Both the position numbers and the translations under genes were made by a program. The notes beneath the pieces are model-generated. The model saw only the letters and a program-made list of their open reading frames with translations. It made no database searches and was not told the origin of the DNA. DNA of 64,000 bases from assembly GCA_035551695.1 (NCBI GenBank), contig DASZMU010000004.1, positions 24,668 to 88,667 of the forward strand, read 5' to 3'. The stretch is from Solirubrobacteraceae bacterium. GTDB lineage: Bacteria; Actinomycetota; Thermoleophilia; Solirubrobacterales; Solirubrobacteraceae. The stretch's first letter is position 1, and each line of letters begins with the position of its first letter. Shown piece by piece: positions 49,999 through 64,000 of the stretch.

Positions 49999-51552
49999 TC
50001 AGCGGCCAGGCAGGTGGTAGATGTCGATCGTGCTCGAGCTGGCGCTGGTGTGATAGTTGCCGGTGGGCTCGATGATGCGGCCACCGACGACGATGGGGCT
50101 GTTCCAGTGACCGGAGCCGGCCGGCAGCGAGCGGAGCAGCGCTCCGGTCAGCGGGCGGCGGATGTTGATGCTGCCGCCGGGGTCGTAGACGTACAGCAGA
50201 CCGCCGGCGATGACCGGACTCGTTCCAGCGGTGCCGTTCTGCCAGACGACGGTCAGGCGGGGATGCGCGGTGTCGACGAGCTCGTAGGCCGCCGTGCCCG
50301 CACCGGTGGCTGCGAAGAGGTAGTCGTGACCGCCGCTTGACCAGGCGGCCGGCTGGGGTACGACCTCACTTCCGCCGGGAGCCGAGACCTCGCCGAGCTC
50401 GCCGCCGAGGCGCGGCCCGGCGCCGCCGGTGGTGCCGTCGAGGCGATCGAGGTCGAGGAGGTGGAGCTTGCCGTCCTTCCCGCCCTGGACGACCAGACGG
50501 CGGCCGTGAAAGACCGGCAGCAACGCCGGCGACGAGCTCCCGAGGTCGGTATCGGTGGCCGATAGCTGGGCCTGGTTGGGCGGGGTCCAGTTGTGCAGCA
50601 CGCCGGAGGCGTCCGCGGTGAGCTCCAGCACGCTGTCACCCCAGCTGGCGCGGCCGTCGAACGGTCCGTTCCCCGTCGCAACGAGGATCCGGCCGCTCCC
50701 GGGCTCCAGCACGGCGCCGGGCCGCCCCCAGATCGCGTTGCCGCCGCGGTTGGTCGTGACGCTGCACGAGCTGGCCCGGATCAGCGCGTGGCGGTTCGAG
50801 CACTCGGTGTTCCATACGTGGGCGACCCGGCCGGTGCCGCGGTTGAGCAGGACGACGTGTCCGTCGTAGGGCGGAGCGTCGCCGTAGTAGCCACCGGTCA
50901 CCGCCACCAGCCACGGCCCGGAGATGGTCAACGCGGAGGCGATCTTCTCATGCGCCGGATCGAAGGTGATCGACCGCGACCACACCTGCCGCCCGGTTGC
51001 CACCGACAGCTTGTGGATGACGCCGTTGGGGCTGGCGCTGTAGATATAGGCGCGGTCCGGGTCGGCGACGGGGGACGCCGTCGTCACCTGGGGGTTGCCG
51101 GGCGTGCTGTCGACGCCGGCCGGGTCGAACTCCCACAGCCGGCGCCCCGTGCCCGCGTCGAACCCGATCGTCTTGCCGTAGCTCGTGGTGACCGCGACCA
51201 GGTCGTACGGCCCGCGGCCCACACGAACCCCGTGCAGCTCGATTGCCGCCGAATCGGCGATGCCGTCGATGCGGATGGTCCGCAGGCTCAGGCGGGCGAC
51301 GTTCGCCGGAGTGATTCCGGTATCCGAGGGTCCCACGCCTGTCGCCTGGGCGTTGTCGCCGAACAGTCGCCAATCGCCCGAGGGCACCCGGGCGGCACTG
51401 GTCACGGCTCCCGCTGCCGAGAAGCCAGCTCCGGACGTCGAGCTCTCCGCCCCGGTGGTCCCATTCGTCCGGGTCCCCTGCCCCCCACAGGCCGCGAGGG
51501 CCGCGGCACAGATCGTCGTCAGCAGGGTGCGGATGATCAGGCGGCGTCTCAC
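49999..51552 (-). CDS. PQQ-like beta-propeller lipoprotein
   Basis: Lipobox LAAC; DAGTGRRLW, VATGRQVW, ATGNG, DTDLGSSSP, GGKDG repeats. Confidence 0.8.
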   Translation of the reverse strand: MRRRLIIRTLLTTICAAALAACGGQGTRTNGTTGAESSTSGAGFSAAGAVTSAARVPSGDWRLFGDNAQATGVGPSDTGITPANVARLSLRTIRIDGIADSAAIELHGVRVGRGPYDLVAVTTSYGKTIGFDAGTGRRLWEFDPAGVDSTPGNPQVTTASPVADPDRAYIYSASPNGVIHKLSVATGRQVWSRSITFDPAHEKIASALTISGPWLVAVTGGYYGDAPPYDGHVVLLNRGTGRVAHVWNTECSNRHALIRASSCSVTTNRGGNAIWGRPGAVLEPGSGRILVATGNGPFDGRASWGDSVLELTADASGVLHNWTPPNQAQLSATDTDLGSSSPALLPVFHGRRLVVQGGKDGKLHLLDLDRLDGTTGGAGPRLGGELGEVSAPGGSEVVPQPAAWSSGGHDYLFAATGAGTAAYELVDTAHPRLTVVWQNGTAGTSPVIAGGLLYVYDPGGSINIRRPLTGALLRSLPAGSGHWNSPIVVGGRIIEPTGNYHTSASSSTIDIYHLPGR

Positions 51553-51621
51553 CGCCGCGAGCTGGCCGTCCCGGACCTCGGGAAACGGCCGCCGCCGGAC
51601 CGACCGGCGCCGGCGACCGTG

Positions 51622-52614
51622 TCAGTGGCCATCGTCACCATGGCACGGAGGGCCGTATCCGCCGGGACCGGGTCCTCCCCGCCCCTCGGCCCCGTAAGGC
51701 GAGGCGTTGCCATGGCCCCCTCCATCTCCCTCGCCGTCATCGCCGCCGAAGCCCTCGTCGCCGCCGGACGCGCCCTGACCCTGACCCCGACCGGCCTCCT
51801 GCGCCGCGGCTGCAGCCGCGCTGGCGGCGGCACTGACGGCCTGGCGGACGGTATTGACGACGGTCGAGCCGTTCGGGACGCCGGTGAGCGTTACGGGGAG
51901 GCTGACGATCGGCTTGCCGGTGCTCGGTGTCCCGGCGGTCGCGGGTGTGCCGCTCGGGGGGCTGCCGGATGCCGGTGTCCCGGCGGAAACTGGGGGTGGG
52001 GTTGAGCCGGGCGCCGGGCCAGCGACCGGGATCGGCTGCCCGGCGGCGGGCGCTCCAGTCGACGCAGGCGGAGCCGGACTGGGCGCGGGCGCGGGCGTGC
52101 CAGCGTGGGTCGGAGCCTTGCCGCCGCCGCTCCCCTTGCCGCCGCCGCTCCCCTTATTGCCGCCTCCGGTTCCGGAGCCACCCCGTCCGCCGGAGCCGCC
52201 CCCTGAACCGCCCGAGCGCCCGCCCACATGGTGCCCCGTACCACCGGAGCCGGACCCGCTGCCCGTCGTCGTCGTCCGTCGCCCGCCGGAGCCGCTAACG
52301 GTGCCTCCGCCGGCCCCGCCGGAGGCGGCGACGCGTAACCGGACAGCCCGCGCGGCGCTGCCGGCGACCGCGATCGATGAGGCCAGACGATCGATCGACC
52401 TCTCCGGAACGGGCCGCGAGACAGGGCCGACGGTACGACCCCCATCGCCTCCGCCGGGGACCCCGGGACCGGTGAACACCTGGCCGAGAGCGCCGATCTG
52501 CCGGAGGTTCCCCCCGGAGAGCAGGGCCAGTGAGACGACGATCGCCGCCGGAATCAGCAACGCCGCCAGCGAGGCCCCAAGAATCTGTCGCCTCCAGGAA
52601 TGGGCCAGCTTCAT
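51622..52614 (-). CDS. Membrane-anchored Gly/Ser- then Pro-rich low-complexity protein
   Basis: N-terminal hydrophobic helix, GGSG runs, PAPAP region, acidic tail. Confidence 0.55.
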   Translation of the reverse strand: MKLAHSWRRQILGASLAALLIPAAIVVSLALLSGGNLRQIGALGQVFTGPGVPGGGDGGRTVGPVSRPVPERSIDRLASSIAVAGSAARAVRLRVAASGGAGGGTVSGSGGRRTTTTGSGSGSGGTGHHVGGRSGGSGGGSGGRGGSGTGGGNKGSGGGKGSGGGKAPTHAGTPAPAPSPAPPASTGAPAAGQPIPVAGPAPGSTPPPVSAGTPASGSPPSGTPATAGTPSTGKPIVSLPVTLTGVPNGSTVVNTVRQAVSAAASAAAAAAQEAGRGQGQGASGGDEGFGGDDGEGDGGGHGNASPYGAEGRGGPGPGGYGPPCHGDDGH

Positions 52615-52749
52615 GGGCCGCCATGGTAGTCGTCAGGGGTCTGCGAGCAAACCAGTTGTGCACTTTTCTGTGCGCTTTTGTCGCCGCGGCGGTTCACGCC
52701 GCTACGATCCGCCCGCAACGGGGGACCCGCGCGTGTTACCGAACAACTC

Positions 52750-55225
<2,476 letters not shown>

Positions 55226-55248
<23 letters not shown>

Positions 55249-55978
55249 GCTGACGCGGGAGATCGCCCGCCTGCGCGCCGAGCTGGCGCGCCGCGAGCGC
55301 GAGGCCGCCGACAAGGAGCTCCAGCTGGAGCGGTATGCGGCCGACCTGCGCGAGACGTTCAAGGAGGAGCGGGCGCTGACCCAGCAGCTGACTCGCTCGT
55401 ACCGCGCGACCGTGCGCGCGCTGTCCAACGCCGTCGAGGCCCGCGACGCCTACACCGGCAAGCACGCGGAGCGAGTCGCCGCTTACGGGATCGAGATTGC
55501 GCGTGCCGTCGGCCTCCCCCGTCCGGACGCACCGGAGATGGAGTTCGGCTTTCTGCTGCACGACATCGGCAAGGTGGCGGTGCCCGACGCGATCCTCTAC
55601 AAGCCGGGGGCGCTGACCACCGAGGAGCGGGCGCTGATGGCGCGCCACCCCGCCATCGGCGCCGAGATCATCGCCGGCATCGAGTTCCTGGCGGGTGCCG
55701 CCGAGGTGGTGCGATCACACCACGAGCGGTGGGATGGAATGGGCTACCCGGACGGGCTCGCGGCGGAGCAGATCCCCGTCGCGGCCCGCGTGTTCGCGGT
55801 CGCCGACGTGCTCGACGCGCTGACCACCGACCGTCCGTACCGGCCGAGCTTCCCCCTCCATCAGGCACGCGCCATGATCGCGGGCGAGGCCGGCAGCCAC
55901 TTCGACCCGACGGTGATCGACGCGTTCAACACCATCGACGACACGACGTTTGTCCAGATCGGCAGGGACGTGTGGTGA
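55226..55978 (+). CDS. HD-GYP cyclic dinucleotide phosphodiesterase
   Basis: LLHDIGK, HHERWDGMGYPDGL, DRPYR; start uncertain (ORF from 55163). Confidence 0.9.
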
Positions 55979-56367
55979 AGCACGGCGTCCTTGTCGTCGA
56001 CGACGACCCGTTCATCCGCAAGTTGGTGGCCACCACGCTCGAGGACGTCTCCGAGTTCGAGCTCTACGAAGCCGCCGACGGAGTCCAGGCCGTCGAGATC
56101 GCTCAGCGCACCCAGCCGACGATCGTGTTCCTGGACGTCGACATGCCCCGGATGGACGGGATCGCGGCATGCCGGGAGATGCGAGCGAATCCCGCAACCA
56201 GCTCGGCGACGATCGTCATCCTGACGGCGGCCCACGGGGATCGCATGGAGGCGCAGGCGGAGGAAGCCGGAGCCGACCTGTTCCTGACCAAGCCGTTCAG
56301 CCCGCTGGATCTGCTGCGCCTGGTCGACCGCCTCGGCGGCGAGCGCGACGTCTCAGACGGGCGCTAA
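55975..56367 (+). CDS. Single-domain response regulator
   Basis: LVVDDD, LDVDMP, ILTA, TKPFSP. Confidence 0.9.
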   Translation: MKHGVLVVDDDPFIRKLVATTLEDVSEFELYEAADGVQAVEIAQRTQPTIVFLDVDMPRMDGIAACREMRANPATSSATIVILTAAHGDRMEAQAEEAGADLFLTKPFSPLDLLRLVDRLGGERDVSDGR

Positions 56368-56383
56368 CCCCTGAGGCCGAAGC

Positions 56384-56611
56384 TCAGCCGACCTTGATCA
56401 GCACGATCGTGTTGACCGCGAACAGCACGGCGAACAGGATCGTCCACCGGTTGAGGTTGCGCTCCACGAGCGAGCCGCCACCGAGCGGTCCGGCGCCGGT
56501 GCCGACGCCGAAGGCGCCGGACAGCCCGGCGTCCTTGCCGGAGTGCATGAGGATCAGGAAGATCAGCCCCGCGGACAGGATCACCTGGATCACATCGAGA
56601 ATCGCGGTCAT
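56384..56611 (-). CDS. secG: Preprotein translocase subunit SecG
   Basis: ILMHSGKDAGLSGAFG...VERNLNRWT; 2 TM; 75 aa. Confidence 0.88.
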   Translation of the reverse strand: MTAILDVIQVILSAGLIFLILMHSGKDAGLSGAFGVGTGAGPLGGGSLVERNLNRWTILFAVLFAVNTIVLIKVG

Positions 56612-56625
56612 GCCACCGATGGTAC

Positions 56626-56919
56626 TCAGACGGGCTGCGCGTTGGCCTGCACGTCGTCGAGCCGGTGCAGGATCTCGATCGCCTCGGCGCGGAGCGTGCG
56701 ATCGATGGCCTCGTAATCCTCGGCCGACAGCTTCCCGGTGTGCAGATCCAGCTCGGCGTCGCGAATCTCGCGGTACTTGGCGTCGCGAGCCGCCTCCAGC
56801 TCGGCCACCGTGGCCGCGTCGCGATCAGCGGTGGTCTCCCGTCGCGCGGTGCGCAGGGGAGCCGAGATCACATAGATGGCGCCCGCCAGGATGACGAGCA
56901 CGATCACGTAGGCGAGCAC
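56626..56919 (-). CDS. Ccm-associated small membrane protein (CcmI N-terminal-like)
   Basis: TM then IRDAELDLHTGKLSAEDY; downstream of ccmF. Confidence 0.65.
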   Translation of the reverse strand: MLAYVIVLVILAGAIYVISAPLRTARRETTADRDAATVAELEAARDAKYREIRDAELDLHTGKLSAEDYEAIDRTLRAEAIEILHRLDDVQANAQPV

Positions 56920-56931
56920 CGTCCAGCCCTC

Positions 56932-59169
<2,238 letters not shown>

Positions 59170-59191
59170 CAGTGAGAGGCGACTCCGGCCA

Positions 59192-59599
59192 TCAGTAGGA
59201 ACCCGAGGCGGCCTGGTACTTGGACGGGCACTTTGTCGTCAGGGAGTTGGTCTGGCCGATCCACCCGGTGGGGCCGCCTTTCTGCACGTCGACGAGCACG
59301 GGGCGGCCCTGGGCGAACGGATCCGGGATCTCGCCGGTATAACGGACCGGGACCGACACGTGGAGCTTGGGGTCGCGCACCCGGAAGTACAGGAACTGCC
59401 CCTCGCGGCGCACGGAGTTATCGAGGACCGTTCCGGCCAGGATGTACGTCGCTCCCGCCCGGCCGCGCTTGAGCAGTTGCGAGGCGGTCAGTTCGTCGCG
59501 GCCGGCGGCGAAGCTCGTGTAGATCAGCGCGGACGCCAACAGCAGGGCGGCCGTGAGGGCGACGGTGAGACGGATGGCGCGCTTGCGGCTCGGATCCAT
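59192..59599 (-). CDS. ccmE: Heme chaperone CcmE, CxxxY variant
   Basis: YTGEIPDPF..TKCPSKY; upstream of ccmF. Confidence 0.88.
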   Translation of the reverse strand: MDPSRKRAIRLTVALTAALLLASALIYTSFAAGRDELTASQLLKRGRAGATYILAGTVLDNSVRREGQFLYFRVRDPKLHVSVPVRYTGEIPDPFAQGRPVLVDVQKGGPTGWIGQTNSLTTKCPSKYQAASGSY

Positions 59600-59760
59600 G
59601 CGGCGCCCCATTTTCACATACCGGCCTGCCGCCGTACCCGGGCCCCCCGAAGCCGGCCATCGGGAAAGGTCCGTCGGCGGACCTTTATTAACGTCCCGTT
59701 AATGGCCAGGAGTGTTTGGGTCGCTAGCGAAACCTTTCCGACGTGTTGGCGTTTGCTGAT

Positions 59761-60033
59761 ATGACAGTGCTTGCCAGAAGCAAATCCGGCGCCGGCAGGA
59801 TCCGGCGCCACCGCGAAGGGCGACCGAGGCGCGTCGCAGAGCGGGTACAGACTCCGAACACGACTCCGGAACCGGCCGTGACGAATCAGACGACCGATGC
59901 TGCTCGGCGGCGGCGTGAAGCCGGCGTACCGCAGGATCACGCCGTCTACTCATGCCAGTGTGGATTCGTGTTCGAGGCACCCGTCTTGACGTCGGTCGAC
60001 TGCCCTCACTGCGGCGGCGCCCAGGCCTGGTAG
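59761..60033 (+). CDS. Small zinc-ribbon protein
   Basis: YSCQCG...DCPHCG..QAW. Confidence 0.7.
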   Translation: MTVLARSKSGAGRIRRHREGRPRRVAERVQTPNTTPEPAVTNQTTDAARRRREAGVPQDHAVYSCQCGFVFEAPVLTSVDCPHCGGAQAW

Positions 60034-60199
60034 CGCATCCGTTCCGGGGGGCCTCGCCCGCGCGACGCGCGGGAGCGGCAGCGTGATCTGCGGTGCGGAC
60101 GCGTGACCCGGGCCGGCGGGGTGTGACCCGCGCCGCCGGCACGCGCGGTCCCTGAGCTCCCCGCCTGTGCTGAGCTCCCGCCTGTGCGAGCATCGCCGG

Positions 60200-60667
60200 A
60201 TGGCGACCCCCAACATCTTCAGCGCCGGCTTCGAGTACGACGACGGCGATCCGGAGGGCTACCGCAGCGGAGTGGCTGCGGTCGGCCGGCAGGCCGGCGG
60301 GAAGCTCAACGTCGTCAAGGCATTCGAGCTCCCGCCCGGCCAGAGCATCTGCCCGTACCACTATGAATACGAGGAGGAATGGCTCCTCATCCTGGAGGGA
60401 GCAGCCCAGCTGCGCACGCCGGACGGCGAGCGCGCTCTGCACCGCGGCGACCTCGTCTGCTTCCCACCGGGCCCAGCCGGGGCTCACAAGGTCACGAATC
60501 GCGAGCAGGCGACCGTGCGGGTGCTGATGTTCTCAAGCGCGCGCGAACCGGCCGTGGCCGTATATCCGGACAGCGACAAGGTCGGCGTGTGGCCGGGCAA
60601 CGAGGCCGACGAGGTGATGCTGCGACGCGCCGACGGTCGGGTCGACTACTTCGACGGCGAGCGCTGA
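60200..60667 (+). CDS. Cupin domain protein
   Basis: PYHYEYEEEW..LEG, FPPGPAGAH, YPDSDK. Confidence 0.88.
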   Translation: MATPNIFSAGFEYDDGDPEGYRSGVAAVGRQAGGKLNVVKAFELPPGQSICPYHYEYEEEWLLILEGAAQLRTPDGERALHRGDLVCFPPGPAGAHKVTNREQATVRVLMFSSAREPAVAVYPDSDKVGVWPGNEADEVMLRRADGRVDYFDGER

Positions 60668-60724
60668 GGCCGGCCGGCGCCCCGGACCTCCCCGGGTGAG
60701 ACGCCGGCCGCCTCGCACACCCGG

Positions 60725-61153
60725 TCAGACGCCGGCGAGCTCACGCACCTGGGTCAGGCGCAGGTGGTTCCCGGACGGGTCGCGGAACCCGGCGTCGATG
60801 CCGTACGGACGGTCCTCAGGCTCCTCGACGAACTCCACCCCGCGCGAGCGCAGCTCCTCGAAGCTCTTCCGGCAGTCGTCGGTCGTCAGGAACGCCGTGC
60901 CGGCGACGCCCTTGGCCATCACCGCGTTGATCAGGTCGACGGTCTCCGGCTCGAACGCCGGCGGGCCTGGGATCGCCATCAGCACGATCCCCACGTCGTC
61001 CTGGCCGGGAGGTCCGACGACGAGCCAGCGGAAGTTGCCAAGCTCGGCCACCGTGACGTCCGTCTTGACCTCCATGCCGACCTTCTCGGTGTAGAACTGC
61101 AGCGCTTCGTCCTGATCCCGGCACCACAGCTGCATGCTGGCGAGTCTGATCAT
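60725..61153 (-). CDS. VOC family (glyoxalase/bleomycin resistance) protein
   Basis: DQDEALQFYTEKVG, RWLVVGPP, PYGIDAGFRDPSGN. Confidence 0.9.
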   Translation of the reverse strand: MIRLASMQLWCRDQDEALQFYTEKVGMEVKTDVTVAELGNFRWLVVGPPGQDDVGIVLMAIPGPPAFEPETVDLINAVMAKGVAGTAFLTTDDCRKSFEELRSRGVEFVEEPEDRPYGIDAGFRDPSGNHLRLTQVRELAGV

Positions 61154-61202
61154 CTGCTCCTCCTGGAAACGGGTGTTGGTTGTTGATCCCACGCCCGTCA
61201 CG

Positions 61203-61649
61203 CTAATCGCCGGTCGGAATGGTGTCTTCTCCAAATGTGCTGTTCGCGGGGCGCGGCTTTGGGCGTCCGTAGGCGCGCAGAATGCAACTGGGAACGACCG
61301 CGAGATGCGCAGCCGGCGGAAACGTGCTCCGGTAGGCGGTCGGCGACAACCCAAACGTGCGGGTGAAGCTGGTCGTGAACGAGCCGAGGCTCTGGAGCCC
61401 GACGCTGAAGCAGATCTCCGCCACAGACCGGTCGGTCGTCCTCAGCAGGGTCGCCGCACGCTCGAGGCGACGGGTCAGCAGGTATGCGTGGGGCGACTCG
61501 CCAAACGCCCGCCGGAACTCGCGGCTGAAGTGGGAGCGCGACAGGCCGGCGGCAGCCGCGAGGTCGTCGACCCCGAGCGGATCGGCGTACCGGGCGTCGG
61601 CCAGATCCTTGGCGCGCAGCAGGTGACGGGCCGTCGGCGAGAAGACCAC
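61203..61649 (-). CDS. AraC family transcriptional regulator (HTH only)
   Basis: HFSREFRRAFGESP, RRLERA, SLGSFTTSF. Confidence 0.9.
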   Translation of the reverse strand: MVFSPTARHLLRAKDLADARYADPLGVDDLAAAAGLSRSHFSREFRRAFGESPHAYLLTRRLERAATLLRTTDRSVAEICFSVGLQSLGSFTTSFTRTFGLSPTAYRSTFPPAAHLAVVPSCILRAYGRPKPRPANSTFGEDTIPTGD

Positions 61650-61669
61650 GCGGTTAGCCTACGACTGCC

Positions 61670-62572
61670 ATGAAGCTGACGCACACCCAGCCGCACGGCA
61701 CACCGGCTCGCGAGTCGCTGGCGGCGTGCCTGGCCACGGTGCTCGAGCTCGACCCGCGGGAGCTACCCGCGCTTGATCCCGACGAGGACCCGGCAGCGAT
61801 CGGACTGGTGTCGCGCTGGCTGGGAGGGATGGCCCTGGGCATGGCTCGAGTCGCCGAGCCGGCGGCCTTCTCATGGGCCGGCCCCTGGATCGCCCGCCTC
61901 GCGCCACATGAATCGCACCCCACCGATCCCGCCCACCCCAGCCGGTTCGTCGTCATGTACGGCGTGCCGTCCGGAGTCGTATGGGACCCCGCCGGCGACG
62001 GCCAGCTCCAAGACGAGCGCATCGTCGAGGGATACCTCGTCGCGGCCGCCGACATCGCACTGGCCCGGCCGGCGCTTCCGGCGGCGCCGACCGCAAGCGG
62101 GCGGGTGGAGGGGATCTGGGTGGCGGCGGCGGCCGGGGAGCCGGCTCGTGAGCTCGATGCCGCCCGCGCGATGCCCGGACGTGGGCTCGAGGGCGACCGC
62201 TACGTCGTCGGCGCCGGAACCTTCCCGTCCGGGCCGCCCGGCAGCGCGCTGACGCTGATCGAGGCCGAGGTCTGCGAGTCCTTCGATCCCCCGCTCGGCC
62301 CGGACGACCACCGGCGCAACATCGTCACCCGGGGCCTCGCGCTCAACGACCTGCTCGGCCACGAGTTCGCCCTCGGCGAGGTCCGATGCCGCGGGATGCG
62401 ACTGTGCGAGCCGTGCACGGTCGTCCAGCGCTACGCCGGGCGACCGGTCCTCCGCGAGCTGGTGCACCGCGGAGGCTTGCGCGCCGACATCCTCACCGAC
62501 GGCGAGATCCACCTCGGCGACGAGGTCCGCGCCGTCGAGGCGGCCGCGGCGCCTCGTCCTGCACACGATTGA
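61670..62572 (+). CDS. MOSC domain protein with N-terminal extension
   Basis: GLEGDRY, RRNIVTRG, LCEPC, RGGLRA. Confidence 0.85.
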   Translation: MKLTHTQPHGTPARESLAACLATVLELDPRELPALDPDEDPAAIGLVSRWLGGMALGMARVAEPAAFSWAGPWIARLAPHESHPTDPAHPSRFVVMYGVPSGVVWDPAGDGQLQDERIVEGYLVAAADIALARPALPAAPTASGRVEGIWVAAAAGEPARELDAARAMPGRGLEGDRYVVGAGTFPSGPPGSALTLIEAEVCESFDPPLGPDDHRRNIVTRGLALNDLLGHEFALGEVRCRGMRLCEPCTVVQRYAGRPVLRELVHRGGLRADILTDGEIHLGDEVRAVEAAAAPRPAHD

Positions 62573-62727
62573 CCGGCATCTGCGAAAAAGCCTGCTAACT
62601 TCGCGGCAGCGGTCGATTCTCGGCCGCGAGGCAGCTCGCTTGGGTCCCGCAGACAGCGGTTCGGGTCAGCCATAGCCTCCCGAACCGTTCGCGGCCCCCT
62701 GTTGCCGCCAAGGAGTGATTCATCTTC

Positions 62728-63930
62728 ATGCAGTCTTTCGCCGACCTCGGTGTGTCGAGCACCGTGGTCACAGCCCTCGCCCGGCAGGATGTCCGCGAGC
62801 CCTTCGCCGTACAGCGCCTGGTCATCGCCGACATCCTCGAGGGGCGAGATGTCCTGGCCCGTTCTCCCACTGGCTCGGGCAAGACCCTGGCCTTCGGAAT
62901 CCCGTTGGTCGATCGGATCAAGTCCGACGGCCCCCGCCCGGCGGCCCTGATCCTCGCCCCGACTCGCGAGCTCGCCACCCAGATCGCCGCCGATATCCGC
63001 GGCATCGCCCACGCTCGGGCACTCTCGGTGACGGCCGTCTACGGCGGCGTCGGGCTGGTCAAGCAGGCCAAGGAGGCCGCCCGGTCCCACATCCTGGTGG
63101 CCACGCCCGGCCGGCTCGAGGACCTTCTGGCGCGCGGCGCGTTCAGCCTGCGCAACATCCAGATGCTCGTGCTGGACGAAGCCGACCGAATGCTAGACAT
63201 GGGCTTCCTGCCCCCGGTCGACCGGATCGTGCGGGCGTGTCCGCGAGATCGCCAGACCCTGTTCTTCTCGGCCACCCTGGACGGCGAGGCCGGCGTCACG
63301 GCGCAGCGCTACACCACCGACCCGGCGCGCCACGAGCACGGCCCCTCGGCGCGGCGCGCCGCCGCGGAGGTCGAGCACCGATTCGTCTCGCTGGCCGGCC
63401 GCGACCGGGTCGAGGCGCTCATCGGTGAACTCGAGGCCGAGCGCGACCTGGCGCTCGTCTTCGTCCGCACCAAGCGCGGCGCCGACCGCCTGGTCAAGCG
63501 CCTGGGCGCCCGCGGCCTCACCGCAGTCGCGATGCACGGCAACAAGTCCCAGCGCCAGCGAGAGGTGGCGCTCGCGCAGTTCGAGTCCGGCAAGATCGAC
63601 ACGCTCGTCGCCACCGACGTCGCCGCCCGCGGGATCGACGTCTCCGGCATCTCGCACGTGATCAACTTCGATCCCCCGCACGACCATGAGACCTACGTCC
63701 ACCGGGTCGGGCGGACCGGGCGCGCTGGGCGCACGGGCGTGGGCGTCACGCTCGTCGACCACCACGAGCGGCGCGACCTCGGCTTGATGGCCGATCGACT
63801 CGGGATCGCGCATGATCTCGGCTCGGGGGGTCGGGAGCACAAGCGACCGGCGCCCCCCGCCGCCGCTCACCGGCCAAGCGGCCGGCGCCGGCGCCAGCGC
63901 CCCCGCCGGCACGCTTCCGCTCGGGCTTAG
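62728..63930 (+). CDS. DEAD-box RNA helicase
   Basis: PTGSGKT, PTRELA, TPGRL, DEAD, SAT, ARGID, HRVGRTGRAG. Confidence 0.95.
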   Translation: MQSFADLGVSSTVVTALARQDVREPFAVQRLVIADILEGRDVLARSPTGSGKTLAFGIPLVDRIKSDGPRPAALILAPTRELATQIAADIRGIAHARALSVTAVYGGVGLVKQAKEAARSHILVATPGRLEDLLARGAFSLRNIQMLVLDEADRMLDMGFLPPVDRIVRACPRDRQTLFFSATLDGEAGVTAQRYTTDPARHEHGPSARRAAAEVEHRFVSLAGRDRVEALIGELEAERDLALVFVRTKRGADRLVKRLGARGLTAVAMHGNKSQRQREVALAQFESGKIDTLVATDVAARGIDVSGISHVINFDPPHDHETYVHRVGRTGRAGRTGVGVTLVDHHERRDLGLMADRLGIAHDLGSGGREHKRPAPPAAAHRPSGRRRRQRPRRHASARA

Positions 63931-63951
63931 CCGACCGGTCAGACGGCCCGG

Positions 63952-64000
63952 TCAGACGGCCGGGAGCACGAGCACCGATGGGTGCTCGGCGTCATGGAGC
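63952..64000 (-). CDS. 3' end of a gene entering from the right (CocE/NonD-like C-terminus)
   Basis: LHDAEHPSVLVLPAV*; only 16 codons visible. Confidence 0.35.
   Translation of the reverse strand, partial: LHDAEHPSVLVLPAV

Noticed and set aside
59640-59760. c-di-GMP-I riboswitch or sigma28 promoter
   Set aside because: GCAAA/GAAA/GGGACG pieces are not in the canonical arrangement, and TAAA-to-CCGAT spacing is too long
63935-63961. Tandem CCGGTCAGACGGC duplication
   Set aside because: Simple duplication of a stop-codon region; two copies only

Overview
High-GC actinobacterial DNA. Gene content and frequent TAnnnT-N7/8-start (leaderless-type) promoters suggest Thermoleophilia/Solirubrobacterales (inference). 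It is an accessory/metabolic region with no rRNA, CRISPR array or transposase. Left to right: an SDR/TetR pair; a divergent paaA-D-B-C-(Zn ribbon)-paaX-like aryl-CoA epoxidase operon facing paaY-ALDH-ECH-ALDH-hydrolase; deletion-riddled pseudogenes; a complete selenocysteine machinery (HIT::selD in one ORF, selC tRNA-Sec, selA, selB); transporters with candidate riboswitch leaders; gnd; agmatinase/nitrilase; a decayed sigK-rskA-oxidoreductase-DUF1365-cfa cluster; a pobA-pcaIJ-pcaHG-pcaB-pcaD-pcaC operon; a hybrid kinase/HD-GYP/receiver cluster; secG; ccmE(CxxxY)-ccmF; and a DEAD-box helicase. The most unusual signal is a ~450-bp non-coding palindromic element present twice, bracketing the pob/pca operon. 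It has co-varying and swapped arms, and its internal YGCGMCAAAY-N17-ATTTGGCAC site recurs in an unrelated hairpin at 13.7 kb. Other notable signals: the in-frame HIT-SelD fusion, a MIRU-like translated double hairpin inside the paa-like operon, and candidate Na+ and NiCo-like riboswitches. All calls are by eye; no database search was run.
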